A stretch of 34,785 nucleotides of DNA from Parcubacteria group bacterium (GTDB lineage Bacteria; Patescibacteriota; Minisyncoccia; Moranbacterales; UBA11712). The notes below the pieces were generated by a model, which was not told the DNA's origin, did no database searches, and saw only the letters and a list, made by a program, of their open reading frames with translations. Numbering within the stretch: the first letter of the stretch is position 1; every line of letters begins with the position of its first letter. Below are positions 1 to 8,832 of the stretch, in pieces. The translations under genes and the position numbers were made by a program. The stretch covers positions 3,995 to 38,779 of the forward strand of contig JBAZRT010000003.1 of the NCBI GenBank assembly GCA_041662765.1, read 5' to 3'.

Positions 1-1
1 T

Positions 2-232
2 AGCGAACTGGGAATAGTTGGTATGATTTTTCTTGCTCTTCTGGCATTCTTTTTCTTTCTAAAAAGCAGGGGAGCGCAAAAAGACCTCAGATTGACATAT
101 TTATTATTTTATTGTATAGTGTTTTCTTTTCTTTCCGTTTCTTTTTTCGATCATTACTTCTTGGATATCAAGCTTGGTACAATTATTTTTATCTTGCCAT
201 TTGTCTTCATATTTGCTCTTGTTACGAATTAA
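2..232 (+). CDS. C-terminal fragment of a polytopic membrane protein (tentatively O-antigen-ligase-like); the 5' end lies outside the window
   Basis: The frame is open from the window edge (SELGIVG precedes the tracked Met at 23). The sequence is uniformly hydrophobic helices and ends at TAA 230-232. Confidence 0.5.
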   Translation, partial: SELGIVGMIFLALLAFFFFLKSRGAQKDLRLTYLLFYCIVFSFLSVSFFDHYFLDIKLGTIIFILPFVFIFALVTN

Positions 233-241
233 AAAAGATGC

Positions 242-269
242 TCGACAGATTTTTTCGGTCTGTTATAAT
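242..269 (+). promoter_or_regulatory. sigma70-like promoter (TCGACA-16 nt-TATAAT)
   Basis: Read directly: tcgaca at 242-247 and tataat at 264-269, upstream of the 299-2938 ORF. Confidence 0.45.
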
Positions 270-298
270 CAAAAGGTAATTAACTTAACTGTGCCTGA

Positions 299-2938
299 TT
301 GCCAACCCACAAAAACAGAAAAATTGGCATGGAGGCGACAAACAGAAAAATGAAAATTGATATGCGAAGGGGGAATATCCCAGCCTCGGCAGGACCGACA
401 AGGGAAGTGCCCATGAAGGAAATGCCCGAAAAATATTCAATGGAAACCAATTCTTACTCGACAGAAAACAAACAAAAAAGCGTGGTTGCGCCGAAAATCA
501 TAGACTGGATCATCACAGGTGCGGTATATCTCCTCACTTTCCTCATTCCCCTGTTTTTTCTCCCGAATGTCCCCAGTATCTTGGAGCTCAATAAGCAAAT
601 ATTGCTCGTTTTCCTCGGAGGAATCGCTTTTCTCGCCTGGATTGGAAAATTGGCCTGGGAAGGGCGCATCCGCATCAAGAAAAATTTTCTTCTTGTCCCA
701 ATTTTGCTTCTTCTCGTCATCTTGTCCTTGAGCACCGTCTTTTCTGTTTATCGCGATCAAAGCATGTGGGGAGCGTTCGGAACAGAAAGCTTGTCTCTGA
801 CCACATTTATCGCGCTTATCGCCGTGTTTTTGGTGGTCAACAACAATTTCGGTACCCGCAAAAAAATTACCGGATTGATTCTCGCATTGATAGCGTCCTC
901 TTTCCTGGCATCTCTTTTCGCAATTTTCCAGATCTTCGGAAAATTCATCTTCAAAAATCCGCTCATGACGCACAACTCGTTTAACACCGTTGGATCTGTT
1001 TATGCCTTTTCCTTTTTCATTGGCGCGATTTTGATCCTCACTACCGCCACTATTTTGGAAAAACGACCGACTTGGCTGAAAATCGCCCTCATTTTGATCG
1101 CCATGGTTTTTGTCTTCACATTGATTGTGATCAACTTCCGGACTTCTTTGATCATCTTCCTCGTGGGAATGGCAATTTTCTTGGGACTCTCTATCATCGT
1201 GAGTGGAAATGAAGAAAAAAACAAAACGCTCATTCTCCCAATGGTTATCCTGGCTCTCATTTTGATCAGCACACTGATTGGGAAATCAGGTTCCATCGTA
1301 TCAGCGCAGCTTCCCGTTGAAGTCGGTCTATCTCAAGGCGCTTCCTATGATGTGGCTAAGGTTGCATTGAAAGACAAAGCTCTCCTCGGTCTCGGTTTAT
1401 CAAACTACGATCTTGGCTACCTTCAGGGAAAACCAGCCGAAATAAATCTCACAGATTTTTGGTCCGTGAAGTTCAATGAGGCTTCGAGTCGCTTTTTCAC
1501 TCTCGCGACATCCACCGGAATTCTCGGCATCGCAGCCTTCCTTTTTTTGATCGGATCAATGGCAGTGTATATTTTCTCAATGCTCGTCAAAATTTTCGGA
1601 AAAAAGGAGGATGGCATATATACTCTTTTGGGTATTACTGCTGCCTGGATATATCTCACTCTGGCAATGTTCTTCTACGCCTCCAATATTACACTTGATT
1701 TTTCCTGGTGGATTCTCACTGCCGCATTCGCAACCCTCGCCGCAATTGTTTTCCAGAAAAAAGATGACATTATCAGCGAAACTTCTTCGCCTCGAGTTTC
1801 TCTCATTCTTTCCTTCGTTTTTGTAATAATCATCGTCGGATTCATTTCCCTTATTTTTCTCGAGGGACAGAAGTATGCTGCGGCGGCCGTCTATAACAAA
1901 GCTCTCGAAAGTGATGCCAAGGGCGCAAATCTCGAAGGGCTGATTGGACAGTTGAACCGCGTTGCAACTCTTGATCCAAGCCGGGATCTTTTCCACCGCA
2001 ACCTGTCTGTAGCGCTTTTCGCTTTCCTCAACCAAAAAGTTTCCGAAAAAGGCATTCAAAATCTTTCCGACGACGACCGGGCGAATGTCAGCAATTTGTA
2101 TTTCGCCGCCGAAGAACAAGCTAACGCTGCCATAAATATCAACCCGAGCAATCCAGACAACCTTGTCCAGCTCGCTCAAATCAATCAAAATGTTATCGGA
2201 TCCAAAGACGGCGCTGCAGAGGCGGCTCTCGATAATTACAAAAAAGCGCTCAAAAACAGTCCTCAAGATCCGTCCGTTTATTATCAAATCGGACAAGTTT
2301 ATCTATCAATGACTGATTTGGAAACCATGAAAGCCAGCCAGCAGCAAGGAAAACAAGTTACCACTTTGCCTGACAAAGCGAAAGAGGATCTGGTACTTGC
2401 CAAACAGAACTTCGAAAAAGCAGTTGGACTCAAGAACAATTATATCCCTGCTCAGTTCATGATCGCGGTCGTCCTCCAAAGGCAGGGTGAAATCGATCAG
2501 GCTATTGCAAAACTCGAAGAAAGCCAAAAAATGAATCCTCGTGATACCGGCATATCTTTCCAGCTCGGAGTACTTTATTTCCAAACCGGAAAATATGAAC
2601 AAGCTCGCACTACTTTGGAGAGCACTGTGAAGCTTGCCGAGAATTATTCCAACGCTATGTATTTCCTCGGCCTCACCTACGACAAATTGGGCGACAAGCA
2701 AAAAGCCCTGGAACAATTCCAGAAAGTTTCCAATCTCAATCCGGATAATGCGGACTTAAAGAAAATAGTTTCAAATCTGCAAGCGGGAAAGAAAGCGCTG
2801 GATGGCCTGGATCAATCTCCCGCTGGCCAAAATCCCAGCGGCCAATCTCCTTCTAATGAGCCTTCCGTCCAACGCGACCAACAGCCCATCCCGCCGAATA
2901 CACCAATCAACAACAATCAGCCAAGCCCAGCTCCATAA
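299..2938 (+). CDS. Large membrane protein: O-antigen-ligase (Wzy_C)-like polytopic N-terminal part plus C-terminal TPR repeats and a P/Q/N-rich tail
   Basis: About 12 hydrophobic helices with an ALLGLGLSNYDLGYL loop typical of the O-antigen ligase family. Several 34-aa TPR-like repeats follow (for example YYQIGQVYL, AMYFLGLTYDKLGDKQKALEQFQKV). The tracked start is TTG at 299; ATG at 329 or 413 is equally possible. Confidence 0.75.
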   Translation: MPTHKNRKIGMEATNRKMKIDMRRGNIPASAGPTREVPMKEMPEKYSMETNSYSTENKQKSVVAPKIIDWIITGAVYLLTFLIPLFFLPNVPSILELNKQILLVFLGGIAFLAWIGKLAWEGRIRIKKNFLLVPILLLLVILSLSTVFSVYRDQSMWGAFGTESLSLTTFIALIAVFLVVNNNFGTRKKITGLILALIASSFLASLFAIFQIFGKFIFKNPLMTHNSFNTVGSVYAFSFFIGAILILTTATILEKRPTWLKIALILIAMVFVFTLIVINFRTSLIIFLVGMAIFLGLSIIVSGNEEKNKTLILPMVILALILISTLIGKSGSIVSAQLPVEVGLSQGASYDVAKVALKDKALLGLGLSNYDLGYLQGKPAEINLTDFWSVKFNEASSRFFTLATSTGILGIAAFLFLIGSMAVYIFSMLVKIFGKKEDGIYTLLGITAAWIYLTLAMFFYASNITLDFSWWILTAAFATLAAIVFQKKDDIISETSSPRVSLILSFVFVIIIVGFISLIFLEGQKYAAAAVYNKALESDAKGANLEGLIGQLNRVATLDPSRDLFHRNLSVALFAFLNQKVSEKGIQNLSDDDRANVSNLYFAAEEQANAAININPSNPDNLVQLAQINQNVIGSKDGAAEAALDNYKKALKNSPQDPSVYYQIGQVYLSMTDLETMKASQQQGKQVTTLPDKAKEDLVLAKQNFEKAVGLKNNYIPAQFMIAVVLQRQGEIDQAIAKLEESQKMNPRDTGISFQLGVLYFQTGKYEQARTTLESTVKLAENYSNAMYFLGLTYDKLGDKQKALEQFQKVSNLNPDNADLKKIVSNLQAGKKALDGLDQSPAGQNPSGQSPSNEPSVQRDQQPIPPNTPINNNQPSPAP

Positions 2939-2950
2939 GAGCTTAGGTCA

Positions 2951-2984
2951 AAAAATCCCTCGCCAAAAAAGCGGGGGATTTTTT
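2951..2984 (+). terminator. Rho-independent terminator
   Basis: The stem aaatccctcgc / gcgggggattt (one G.U pair) with loop caaaaaa is followed by a T-run. Confidence 0.7.
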
Positions 2985-2986
2985 AT

Positions 2987-3015
2987 TTGACAAAAAAATA
3001 ATTGTTTGTTAAATT
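2987..3015 (+). promoter_or_regulatory. sigma70-like promoter for nusA (TTGACA-17 nt-TAAATT)
   Basis: ttgaca at 2987-2992 and taaatt at 3010-3015, with a 17-nt spacer. Confidence 0.6.
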
Positions 3016-3040
3016 GTACTTACCTGAAGTGATTCCCTGA

Positions 3041-3062
3041 TGTCCGTGCGAACGGGCATTTT
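3041..3062 (+). promoter_or_regulatory. Leader hairpin plus U-tract (candidate attenuator) in the nusA 5' UTR
   Basis: tgtccgt-GCGA-acgggca forms 7 bp (one G.U) with a GNRA-type loop and is followed by tttt. It lies between the promoter and the nusA ATG at 3088. Confidence 0.45.
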
Positions 3063-3087
3063 AATTTCTAAATTTTAAATTATCATT

Positions 3088-4458
3088 ATGGCTAAACAAA
3101 AAAAACTGAAAAAAACTGACCAAACCGATGAATCCCAGACCGGACGGCTTGGACAATTTGGAAGCGCGATCGCGCAGATCGCCGAAGAAAAAGGGATAGA
3201 CAAAAAAAAGGTAATTGAAGCAATTGAGTCGGCACTCGCGGCTGCCTACAAAAAAGACTACGGACGGCGGGGACAGCATATTCGCGCTCAGTTCGATGAA
3301 ATAACAGGCGGAGCCGACTTTTTTCTCGTAAAAGAAGTCGTCGATGAAACAACCCGTGTTTTCGAACCGGAAGAAGAGGAAATGGATGCGGAAGAACAAG
3401 CCAAAAAGACTATGCCTGCTGAAACACACAAGGACCAAGCTGAAGATGAAGAAAAAATTCCGCGATACAATCCCGAAAGAGATTTGACCTTCGAGGAAGC
3501 AAAAAAAACGAAATCTGACGTGAAAGTAGGAGACATCATTGAAGAAAAAATGGAATCAAAAAGCGACTACGGCCGAGTGGCAGCTCAAACCGCCAAGCAA
3601 GTGATCGTCCAAAAGATCCGTGAGGCAGAAAGAGACTCAATGTATGATGAGTATAAGCAGAAGGAAGGCGAAATTTTGAGCGGCGTCATTCAGCGAATCG
3701 AGGGCCGGAATATTTTCATTGACCTTGGGAAATCAACCGGAATATTGTTTCCATCGGAACAGGTTGAAGGTGAGAGATACCGGCTCGGTCAGCGTCTCAA
3801 AATATATTTGATGAAAGTCGAGTCAGATCCAAAAGGGCCCGGCATAATTCTTTCGAGATCCCACCCGGCGCTTGTCCAAAAACTTTTTGAAATCGAAGTT
3901 CCCGAAATTTTCGCGGGAACAGTAGAAATAAAGGCGATGGCTCGCGAAGCCGGATCCAGAACAAAGATCGCTGTCTCATCGAATGAAGACGGAATCGATC
4001 CGATCGGATCCTGCGTTGGCCAAAAAGGAACACGCGTGCAGGCGGTGATTGACGAATTGGGCGGAGAAAAAATAGATATCATCGAATGGAATGAAGACTT
4101 GGCAAAGTTTATTTCAAACGCTCTTTCGCCGGCAAAAGTTTTGCATGTGGAACTCGAAGAAGCCCGACAGGAGGCTCGCGTGATGGTTCCCGCCGATCAG
4201 CTTTCTCTTGCAATCGGAAAACAAGGGCAGAACGTGCGTTTGGCGGCGAAGCTGACCGGATGGAGAATTGACGTTGTCACGGGAGATGAAAAAGATGAAG
4301 AGGCAGAAAAGGAAAAGCCTGTCGAAGAAGATCCTTCCGCTGAAAAAACAACAAGTGAAGAAAAGCCGGCAAAGAAAAACGAAGCAAAAAAGGAAAAGAA
4401 AAAAACCGATAAGAAAAAATCCAAAGAAGTAAAAGAAGTAAAAGAAAAATCGGAATAA
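3088..4458 (+). CDS. nusA: Transcription termination/antitermination factor NusA, with an acidic insertion after the N-terminal domain and a K/E-rich tail
   Basis: S1 domain (GVIQRIEGRNIFIDLGK) and KH1/KH2 motifs (DPIGSCVGQKGTRVQAVIDELGGEKIDII, LSLAIGKQGQNVRLAAKLTGWRIDV). Confidence 0.95.
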   Translation: MAKQKKLKKTDQTDESQTGRLGQFGSAIAQIAEEKGIDKKKVIEAIESALAAAYKKDYGRRGQHIRAQFDEITGGADFFLVKEVVDETTRVFEPEEEEMDAEEQAKKTMPAETHKDQAEDEEKIPRYNPERDLTFEEAKKTKSDVKVGDIIEEKMESKSDYGRVAAQTAKQVIVQKIREAERDSMYDEYKQKEGEILSGVIQRIEGRNIFIDLGKSTGILFPSEQVEGERYRLGQRLKIYLMKVESDPKGPGIILSRSHPALVQKLFEIEVPEIFAGTVEIKAMAREAGSRTKIAVSSNEDGIDPIGSCVGQKGTRVQAVIDELGGEKIDIIEWNEDLAKFISNALSPAKVLHVELEEARQEARVMVPADQLSLAIGKQGQNVRLAAKLTGWRIDVVTGDEKDEEAEKEKPVEEDPSAEKTTSEEKPAKKNEAKKEKKKTDKKKSKEVKEVKEKSE

Positions 4459-4491
4459 AAATACTAAATAATAAACACTAACGACAAAAAT

Positions 4492-5022
4492 ATGAACCTA
4501 TGGCATGATGTCTCCCTTGGAGAAAAAGCTCCCGAAGAATTTCATGTGATAATCGAGATTCCAAAGGGATCAAAGAACAAATATGAAATAGACAAAGAAA
4601 CAGGGCTGATAAAGCTTGATCGCGCCATGAAATCTTCTCAAGATTACCCATTTGATTATGGCTTTGCTCCGCAAACAATCTGGGAAGACAACGACGCATT
4701 GGATGTTGTGGTTTTGACAACCTATCCTTTAAGCACCGGCATACTCGTAAAAGTGAGACCTGTGGCTGTGATGCATATGACAGACGGCGGTGAATCAGAC
4801 GACAAAATTATTGCAGTTCCTCTGGAAGATCCCCGTTGGGAAAATGTAAAAGATCTTGCCGATATCAATCCGCACTCAATCAAAGAATTCCAGCATTTCT
4901 TTGAAACATACAAATCCATCGAAGGAAAAATTGTGACGATTGACGGCGTAGAAGGAAAAGCTAAGGCGATCGAAGCTGTCAAAAAGAGCGTTGAATTGTA
5001 TAAAGATAAATTTAAAAAGTAA
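4492..5022 (+). CDS. ppa: Family I inorganic pyrophosphatase
   Basis: IEIPKGSKNKYEIDKETG, YPFDYGFAPQT and DALDVVVL motifs; 176 aa. Confidence 0.93.
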   Translation: MNLWHDVSLGEKAPEEFHVIIEIPKGSKNKYEIDKETGLIKLDRAMKSSQDYPFDYGFAPQTIWEDNDALDVVVLTTYPLSTGILVKVRPVAVMHMTDGGESDDKIIAVPLEDPRWENVKDLADINPHSIKEFQHFFETYKSIEGKIVTIDGVEGKAKAIEAVKKSVELYKDKFKK

Positions 5023-5043
5023 TATTGCATACAGCGTAGCATT

Positions 5044-6318
5044 ATGGAAATCAAGAAACTACCCAAATCCCAAATTGAAATTGAAATTTCGGTTCCGAAA
5101 GCCGAATTTGAAAAATTCATCGACGCCGCAGCTGAAGAATTTTCAAAAGATATCAAGATAGACGGATTCCGTCCCGGAAAAGCGCCACGTTCGATTGTGG
5201 AGCAAAAAGTCGGAGCGGAAAAAATTTTGGCACACGGAGCGGAAAAAGCCATCAAGAAAACCTACGTCGATGCGATCGTCAAAAACAAGATCGAGGTGAT
5301 CGGCGAACCGAAGATCACAATTACCAAGATCGCAAAGGGAAACGACCTTGAATACAAAGCTGTTGCAGCAGTGATGCCCGCAATTGTACTTTCCAACTAT
5401 CGAAAGGACGCAAAGTCCATTAAAAAATCCGAACCGGAAAAAGTAACCGAGGAGCAAATTCAAAAAGAACTCGAGGCCCTTCAAAAGAGCCGGGCAAAAA
5501 TCATCACAGTGGCGCGAAAAGCAAAGGAAGGGGATCGCGTAGAGATCGATTTTGAAGTGCTGATTGAGGGAAAACCAATCGAAGGCGGAACAGCCAAAAA
5601 TCACCCACTCACAATCGGTGAAAACTATTTTATCCCAGGTTTTGAGGAACAACTTGTTGAAATGAAGGAAAATGACGAAAAAGATTTTGAGCTCGCCTTC
5701 CCGAAAGAGTATCATCAAAAAAGCTTGTCCGGAAAGCCTGCTCGCTTCAAAGTGAAAATGAATTTGGTCCAAGAGAAAGAATTGCCAAAATTGAATGATG
5801 AATTTGCCAAAGGCCTCGGAAATTTCGAAACCATCGAAGCCCTCAAAAAAAGCATCTCCGAAGGAATCGACATGGAACACAAAAAAAAGAATGAAGAAAA
5901 ATGGCGTACGCTTGCAATCGAAAAAATCACCGCTGAAAGCCGGATTGACCTTCCTGAGATTCTCATTGATCAGGAGCTCGAAAAAATGATGGCGGAGCTC
6001 GAACAAAACATCGCCGGAATGGGGCTCTCAATTGACGCATATCTCGAAAATATCAAAAAATCCAAGAGCGAGCTCACAAAAAGCTGGAAGGAAACAGCCG
6101 AAAAACGGGTGCGGGCGGCACTCGTACTGCGTGAAATCGCCGCCTCGGAGGAAATCAATATCCCGGCTGGGGAAATCGAGGAAGAAATGAACCGGGTTAT
6201 GGCGTACTACAAGAATGCAGGGGATATGGAAAAAAATGTTGATATGGAAAGACTGTACAATTATACAAAGGGAGTCCTGACAAATGAAAAAGTATTCAAG
6301 TTTTTGGAAAACCTTTAA
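5044..6318 (+). CDS. tig: Trigger factor
   Basis: N-terminal GFRPGKAP ribosome-binding signature, a PPIase-like middle part ([30 protein letters not shown]), 424 aa, and position upstream of clpP. Confidence 0.93.
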   Translation: MEIKKLPKSQIEIEISVPKAEFEKFIDAAAEEFSKDIKIDGFRPGKAPRSIVEQKVGAEKILAHGAEKAIKKTYVDAIVKNKIEVIGEPKITITKIAKGNDLEYKAVAAVMPAIVLSNYRKDAKSIKKSEPEKVTEEQIQKELEALQKSRAKIITVARKAKEGDRVEIDFEVLIEGKPIEGGTAKNHPLTIGENYFIPGFEEQLVEMKENDEKDFELAFPKEYHQKSLSGKPARFKVKMNLVQEKELPKLNDEFAKGLGNFETIEALKKSISEGIDMEHKKKNEEKWRTLAIEKITAESRIDLPEILIDQELEKMMAELEQNIAGMGLSIDAYLENIKKSKSELTKSWKETAEKRVRAALVLREIAASEEINIPAGEIEEEMNRVMAYYKNAGDMEKNVDMERLYNYTKGVLTNEKVFKFLENL

Positions 6319-6319
6319 C

Positions 6320-6358
6320 AACATTCAATGTTAGGGCGACCCCAACATTGAATGTTTT
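6320..6358 (+). terminator. Long hairpin between tig and clpP (terminator or processing signal)
   Basis: aacattcaatgtt (6320-6332) pairs perfectly with aacattgaatgtt (6344-6356). An inner GGG/CCC extension lengthens the stem, and tt follows. Confidence 0.45.
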
Positions 6359-6365
6359 GAAAATT

Positions 6366-6953
6366 ATGCTAACAAACCAATTTCTCATCCCAACTGTCAT
6401 TGAAAAAACCGCTTATGGCGAGCGGGCATATGATATATATTCGCGGCTTCTCAAAGAGCGGATCGTTTTTCTTGGCGGTCCGATTGACGACCATACGGCA
6501 AGCGCCATCATTGCCCAGCTTCTTTTCCTCGACAGCCAAGATAGCAAGGCCGATATTCGGATCTATATCAACTCTCCAGGCGGAAGCGTGAGCTCGGCGC
6601 TCGCAATATATGACACAATGCAGTACGCAAAAGCAGATGTTTCGACGATTTGCGTGGGTCTTGCCGCTTCAGCGGGAGCCTTGCTACTCGCCGCCGGGAA
6701 AAAAGGGAAAAGATTCTGCCTTCCAAATAGTGAGATACTCATTCATCAAGTAATGGGTGGAGCCTCGGGACAGGCTACCGATGTCGCAATCCACGCCAAG
6801 CATATTGTAAAGATGAAAGAAAAGCTCAATGAAATTTTGGCCAAGCATACCGGACAAAAAATCAAAAAGGTGCAGGAAGACACCGAGCGCGACTATTTCA
6901 TGAGCGCCCAAGAGGCGATGGAGTACGGAATTGTGGACAAGATCATAAAATAA
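6366..6953 (+). CDS. clpP: ATP-dependent Clp protease proteolytic subunit
   Basis: The [10 protein letters not shown] and [11 protein letters not shown] (catalytic Ser) motifs are present, and the IHQ segment contains the presumed catalytic His. The tracked ATG at 6348 lies inside the hairpin arm, so ATG 6366 (MLTNQF) is preferred. Confidence 0.93.
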   Translation: MLTNQFLIPTVIEKTAYGERAYDIYSRLLKERIVFLGGPIDDHTASAIIAQLLFLDSQDSKADIRIYINSPGGSVSSALAIYDTMQYAKADVSTICVGLAASAGALLLAAGKKGKRFCLPNSEILIHQVMGGASGQATDVAIHAKHIVKMKEKLNEILAKHTGQKIKKVQEDTERDYFMSAQEAMEYGIVDKIIK

Positions 6954-6970
6954 ATTTCAAAATAACAAAA

Positions 6971-7000
6971 CACCCCCGGCAATAAGCCAGGGGTGTTTTT
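6971..7000. terminator. Bidirectional Rho-independent terminator between clpP and the convergent 3D-domain gene
   Basis: cacccccgg / ccaggggtg stem flanked by an A-run and a T-run. Confidence 0.7.
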
Positions 7001-7008
7001 ATTTGTTC

Positions 7009-7530
7009 TTATTCAACCACCATCGCTATGAGATTTCTGCGTCCGAAGGCGAAGGCTTCCGCTTTGGTTGGCATATAGATGTCAAAGTGGTTGGCTTTGA
7101 TCGCACCGCCACGGTCTTCACAGACATAGGTTCCCATTCCGTCAATTTCTATTTTCGTTCCCATCTGATACTGCTTGGGACAAGCAAGAGTGTGATTTGC
7201 CTGGACCTTTTTGCCACTAGCTGTGATCCCGTCGCTCTTTCCGCATTCGTCGGCCGCCGCGGTATAAGCCGAGGCATTCACAACGAAACTTCCTTTTGGC
7301 AATATGAAGTTTTCCGAGAGCAGCTTGTTTTTGTACATTTTTGAATATTGCACATTGCCAACTTTCGGAACATAGAGGGCGACAAGAAAGTTGTCACTGA
7401 GAGTACTTATCTTTTTGTTTTCCAATATTTGTTTGGCATTTTGGTTTGAATCGGCATCCGCTCCGACAGCCGCCGCCGGAATGGCCAGAGCGACAATTGC
7501 AGCAAGAATCAGCGAGGCCAATTTGCGCAT
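7009..7530 (-). CDS. Secreted 3D-domain protein (MltA/RlpA-like double-psi beta-barrel, putative cell-wall glycosidase)
   Basis: Signal peptide MRKLASLILAAIVALAIPAAA. The C-terminal ASAYTAAADECGKSDGITASG...CEDRGGAIKANHFDIYM matches the 3D-domain pattern. Confidence 0.8.
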   Translation of the reverse strand: MRKLASLILAAIVALAIPAAAVGADADSNQNAKQILENKKISTLSDNFLVALYVPKVGNVQYSKMYKNKLLSENFILPKGSFVVNASAYTAAADECGKSDGITASGKKVQANHTLACPKQYQMGTKIEIDGMGTYVCEDRGGAIKANHFDIYMPTKAEAFAFGRRNLIAMVVE

Positions 7531-7605
7531 TGTATTGGATAAATTGTTAATGTCGGGTCTTTACTTCAGGCATACAAAAAAGCCCTTTTCAGGACCTAAC
7601 AAACT

Positions 7606-7634
7606 AGTGTAGCATTTTTTTGCAAGAAAGTCAA
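7606..7634 (-). promoter_or_regulatory. sigma70-like promoter for the 3D-domain gene (TTGACT-17 nt-TACACT, with TG at the extended -10 position)
   Basis: The reverse complement reads ttgact (7634-7629), a 17-nt spacer ending in tgc, then tacact (7611-7606). Confidence 0.55.
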
Positions 7635-7640
7635 GAGCAC

Positions 7641-7672
7641 GTGAAACAATCGTTTTCCTCTGTGAAACAATG
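7641..7672. repeat. Two 10-bp direct repeats gtgaaacaat, spaced 22 bp start to start, just upstream of the -35 of the 3D-domain gene promoter
   Basis: Exact copies at 7641-7650 and 7663-7672. Confidence 0.6.
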
Positions 7673-7676
7673 AATT

Positions 7677-7844
7677 TTAGGCAGTATTTGGCATGTTGCT
7701 TTCCTGCCAGGTAATAATCATTTTTTCCAGCTTTTTTATTTCGTCTTCTGTCTTGTCAAAGCTCTCCCAGTCTCCGTTTGAGAGGCAGCCGGCTTGAAAG
7801 GCAGTTAGGTATTCAAGTTGTTTGATGATCTCCAGCTTTGTCAT
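7677..7844 (-). CDS. Small hypothetical protein (55 aa)
   Basis: Hand translation gives MTKLEIIKQLEYLTAFQAGCLSNGDWESFDKTEDEIKKLEKMIITWQESNMPNTA followed by TAA. It falls below the ORF-track length cutoff, has no clear SD, and I recognise no homology. Confidence 0.3.
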   Translation of the reverse strand: MTKLEIIKQLEYLTAFQAGCLSNGDWESFDKTEDEIKKLEKMIITWQESNMPNTA

Positions 7845-8060
7845 AGTAAGCGATTTTAAGAAAAATTAAAAAAATAAGGGAAACCTTGCTGTCATCGCTT
7901 GCTCGGAAATCAAAACAAGCTTTGATTTCTCTCGCTTCGCTTGGCAATAAAAAAATACTTCGCGAAAAAGTAGTTTTGATTCCTTCCTTGGCCCCTTCTG
8001 ATTTTGGGCACTATAGTAGTATAATCCATAAAAACATTTTTGTCAATTCCCTGCGCATCC

Positions 8061-8089
8061 TTGACGCTTTGGGAAAATAATTATAAGAT
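8061..8089 (+). promoter_or_regulatory. Possible rplS promoter (TTGACG-15 nt-TATAAG, or 17 nt-TAAGAT)
   Basis: ttgacg at 8061-8066, with an A/T-rich -10 candidate 15-17 nt downstream. Confidence 0.35.
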
Positions 8090-8118
8090 GAATTAGCTTT
8101 AAAAAGTTATTTTTTGTT

Positions 8119-8577
8119 ATGGAAAAAGTTCAGAAATTCAACGCAAAGGTTCGCGCATCCCAAAAGAGGCCGGATCTCAAAGCGGGAGACATTGTCAAAG
8201 TCCACCGAAAAATCAAAGAAGGAGAGAAAGAAAGAGTTCAGGTGTTCGAGGGAATCGTGGTTTCCGTTAAGGGAAAGCAAAGCTCTTCGCCTATGGCCAC
8301 TATCCGGCGGGTCACTCTTGGAACAGGCGTAGAGATAACAGTTCCGATCCTTTCGCCGGCCATTGCCAAAATAGAGATCGTGAAAAAAGCCAAGGTGCGT
8401 CGGGCGAAACTATATTATCTCCGCAGCAAAGGCGTCCGCATCTCGAAATTGAAAACAAAAGAATTGGCAAATTTTGTGGTGGAAGAAAAAGAGAAAGAAC
8501 AGGAACCAGAAGAAAAAATAGCAGAGCCGAAAGCTGAAGAAATCGTTTCTCCGGAAAAAGAGGTCGAGGAAAAATAG
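8119..8577 (+). CDS. rplS: 50S ribosomal protein L19 with an E/K-rich C-terminal extension
   Basis: GDIVKVHRKIKEGEKERVQVFEGIVVSVKG ... RRAKLYYLR. Confidence 0.95.
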   Translation: MEKVQKFNAKVRASQKRPDLKAGDIVKVHRKIKEGEKERVQVFEGIVVSVKGKQSSSPMATIRRVTLGTGVEITVPILSPAIAKIEIVKKAKVRRAKLYYLRSKGVRISKLKTKELANFVVEEKEKEQEPEEKIAEPKAEEIVSPEKEVEEK

Positions 8578-8582
8578 ATTCC

Positions 8583-8666
<84 letters not shown>

Positions 8667-8673
8667 CCGGGAC

Positions 8674-8746
8674 GGACGATTAGCTCAGCTGGTAGAGCGC
8701 TTGCTTTACAAGCAAGATGTCGCAGGTTCGAGCCCTGCATCGTCCA
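8674..8746 (+). tRNA. tRNA-Val(UAC)
   Basis: Acceptor GGACGAT/ATCGTCC, anticodon stem CTTGC/GCAAG with loop TTTACAA, T-arm GCAGG-TTCGAGC-CCTGC. Confidence 0.9.
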
Positions 8747-8832
8747 CAGGAAGGGAAAGGGGTCGGGAAAACAGGAGTTTTCCCGGGGTGGAAGTATTGA
8801 AACCGCAAGGTTTCAAGGAGCGAAGCGACGAA

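Noticed and set aside
5143-6006. 287-aa minus-strand ORF inside tig. Similar long antisense ORFs occur at 1577-2296, 11146-11763, 26110-26838, 26839-27585 and 28170-28619.
   Set aside because: These ORFs lie entirely antisense to genes with unmistakable homology. Their translations are low-complexity and F/L/K-rich with no motifs. They are typical shadow ORFs of AT-biased coding sequence.
7886-8080. 64-aa ORF and two hairpins (7906-7929 and 7952-7976) in the 274-nt region upstream of rplS; a possible small RNA or L19 leader
   Set aside because: The ORF starts at TTG with no SD and has low-complexity sequence. The hairpins are AT-rich with a mismatch. No promoter-terminator pair could be defined convincingly.
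8747-8832. Two tetraloop hairpins in the tRNA-Val/tRNA-Phe spacer: cgggaaaac-agga-gttttcccg at 8764-8785 and ttgaaacc-gcaa-ggtttcaa at 8797-8816
   Set aside because: They are real structures but cannot be told apart from generic processing or stability hairpins in a polycistronic tRNA precursor. There is no evidence for a separate RNA gene.
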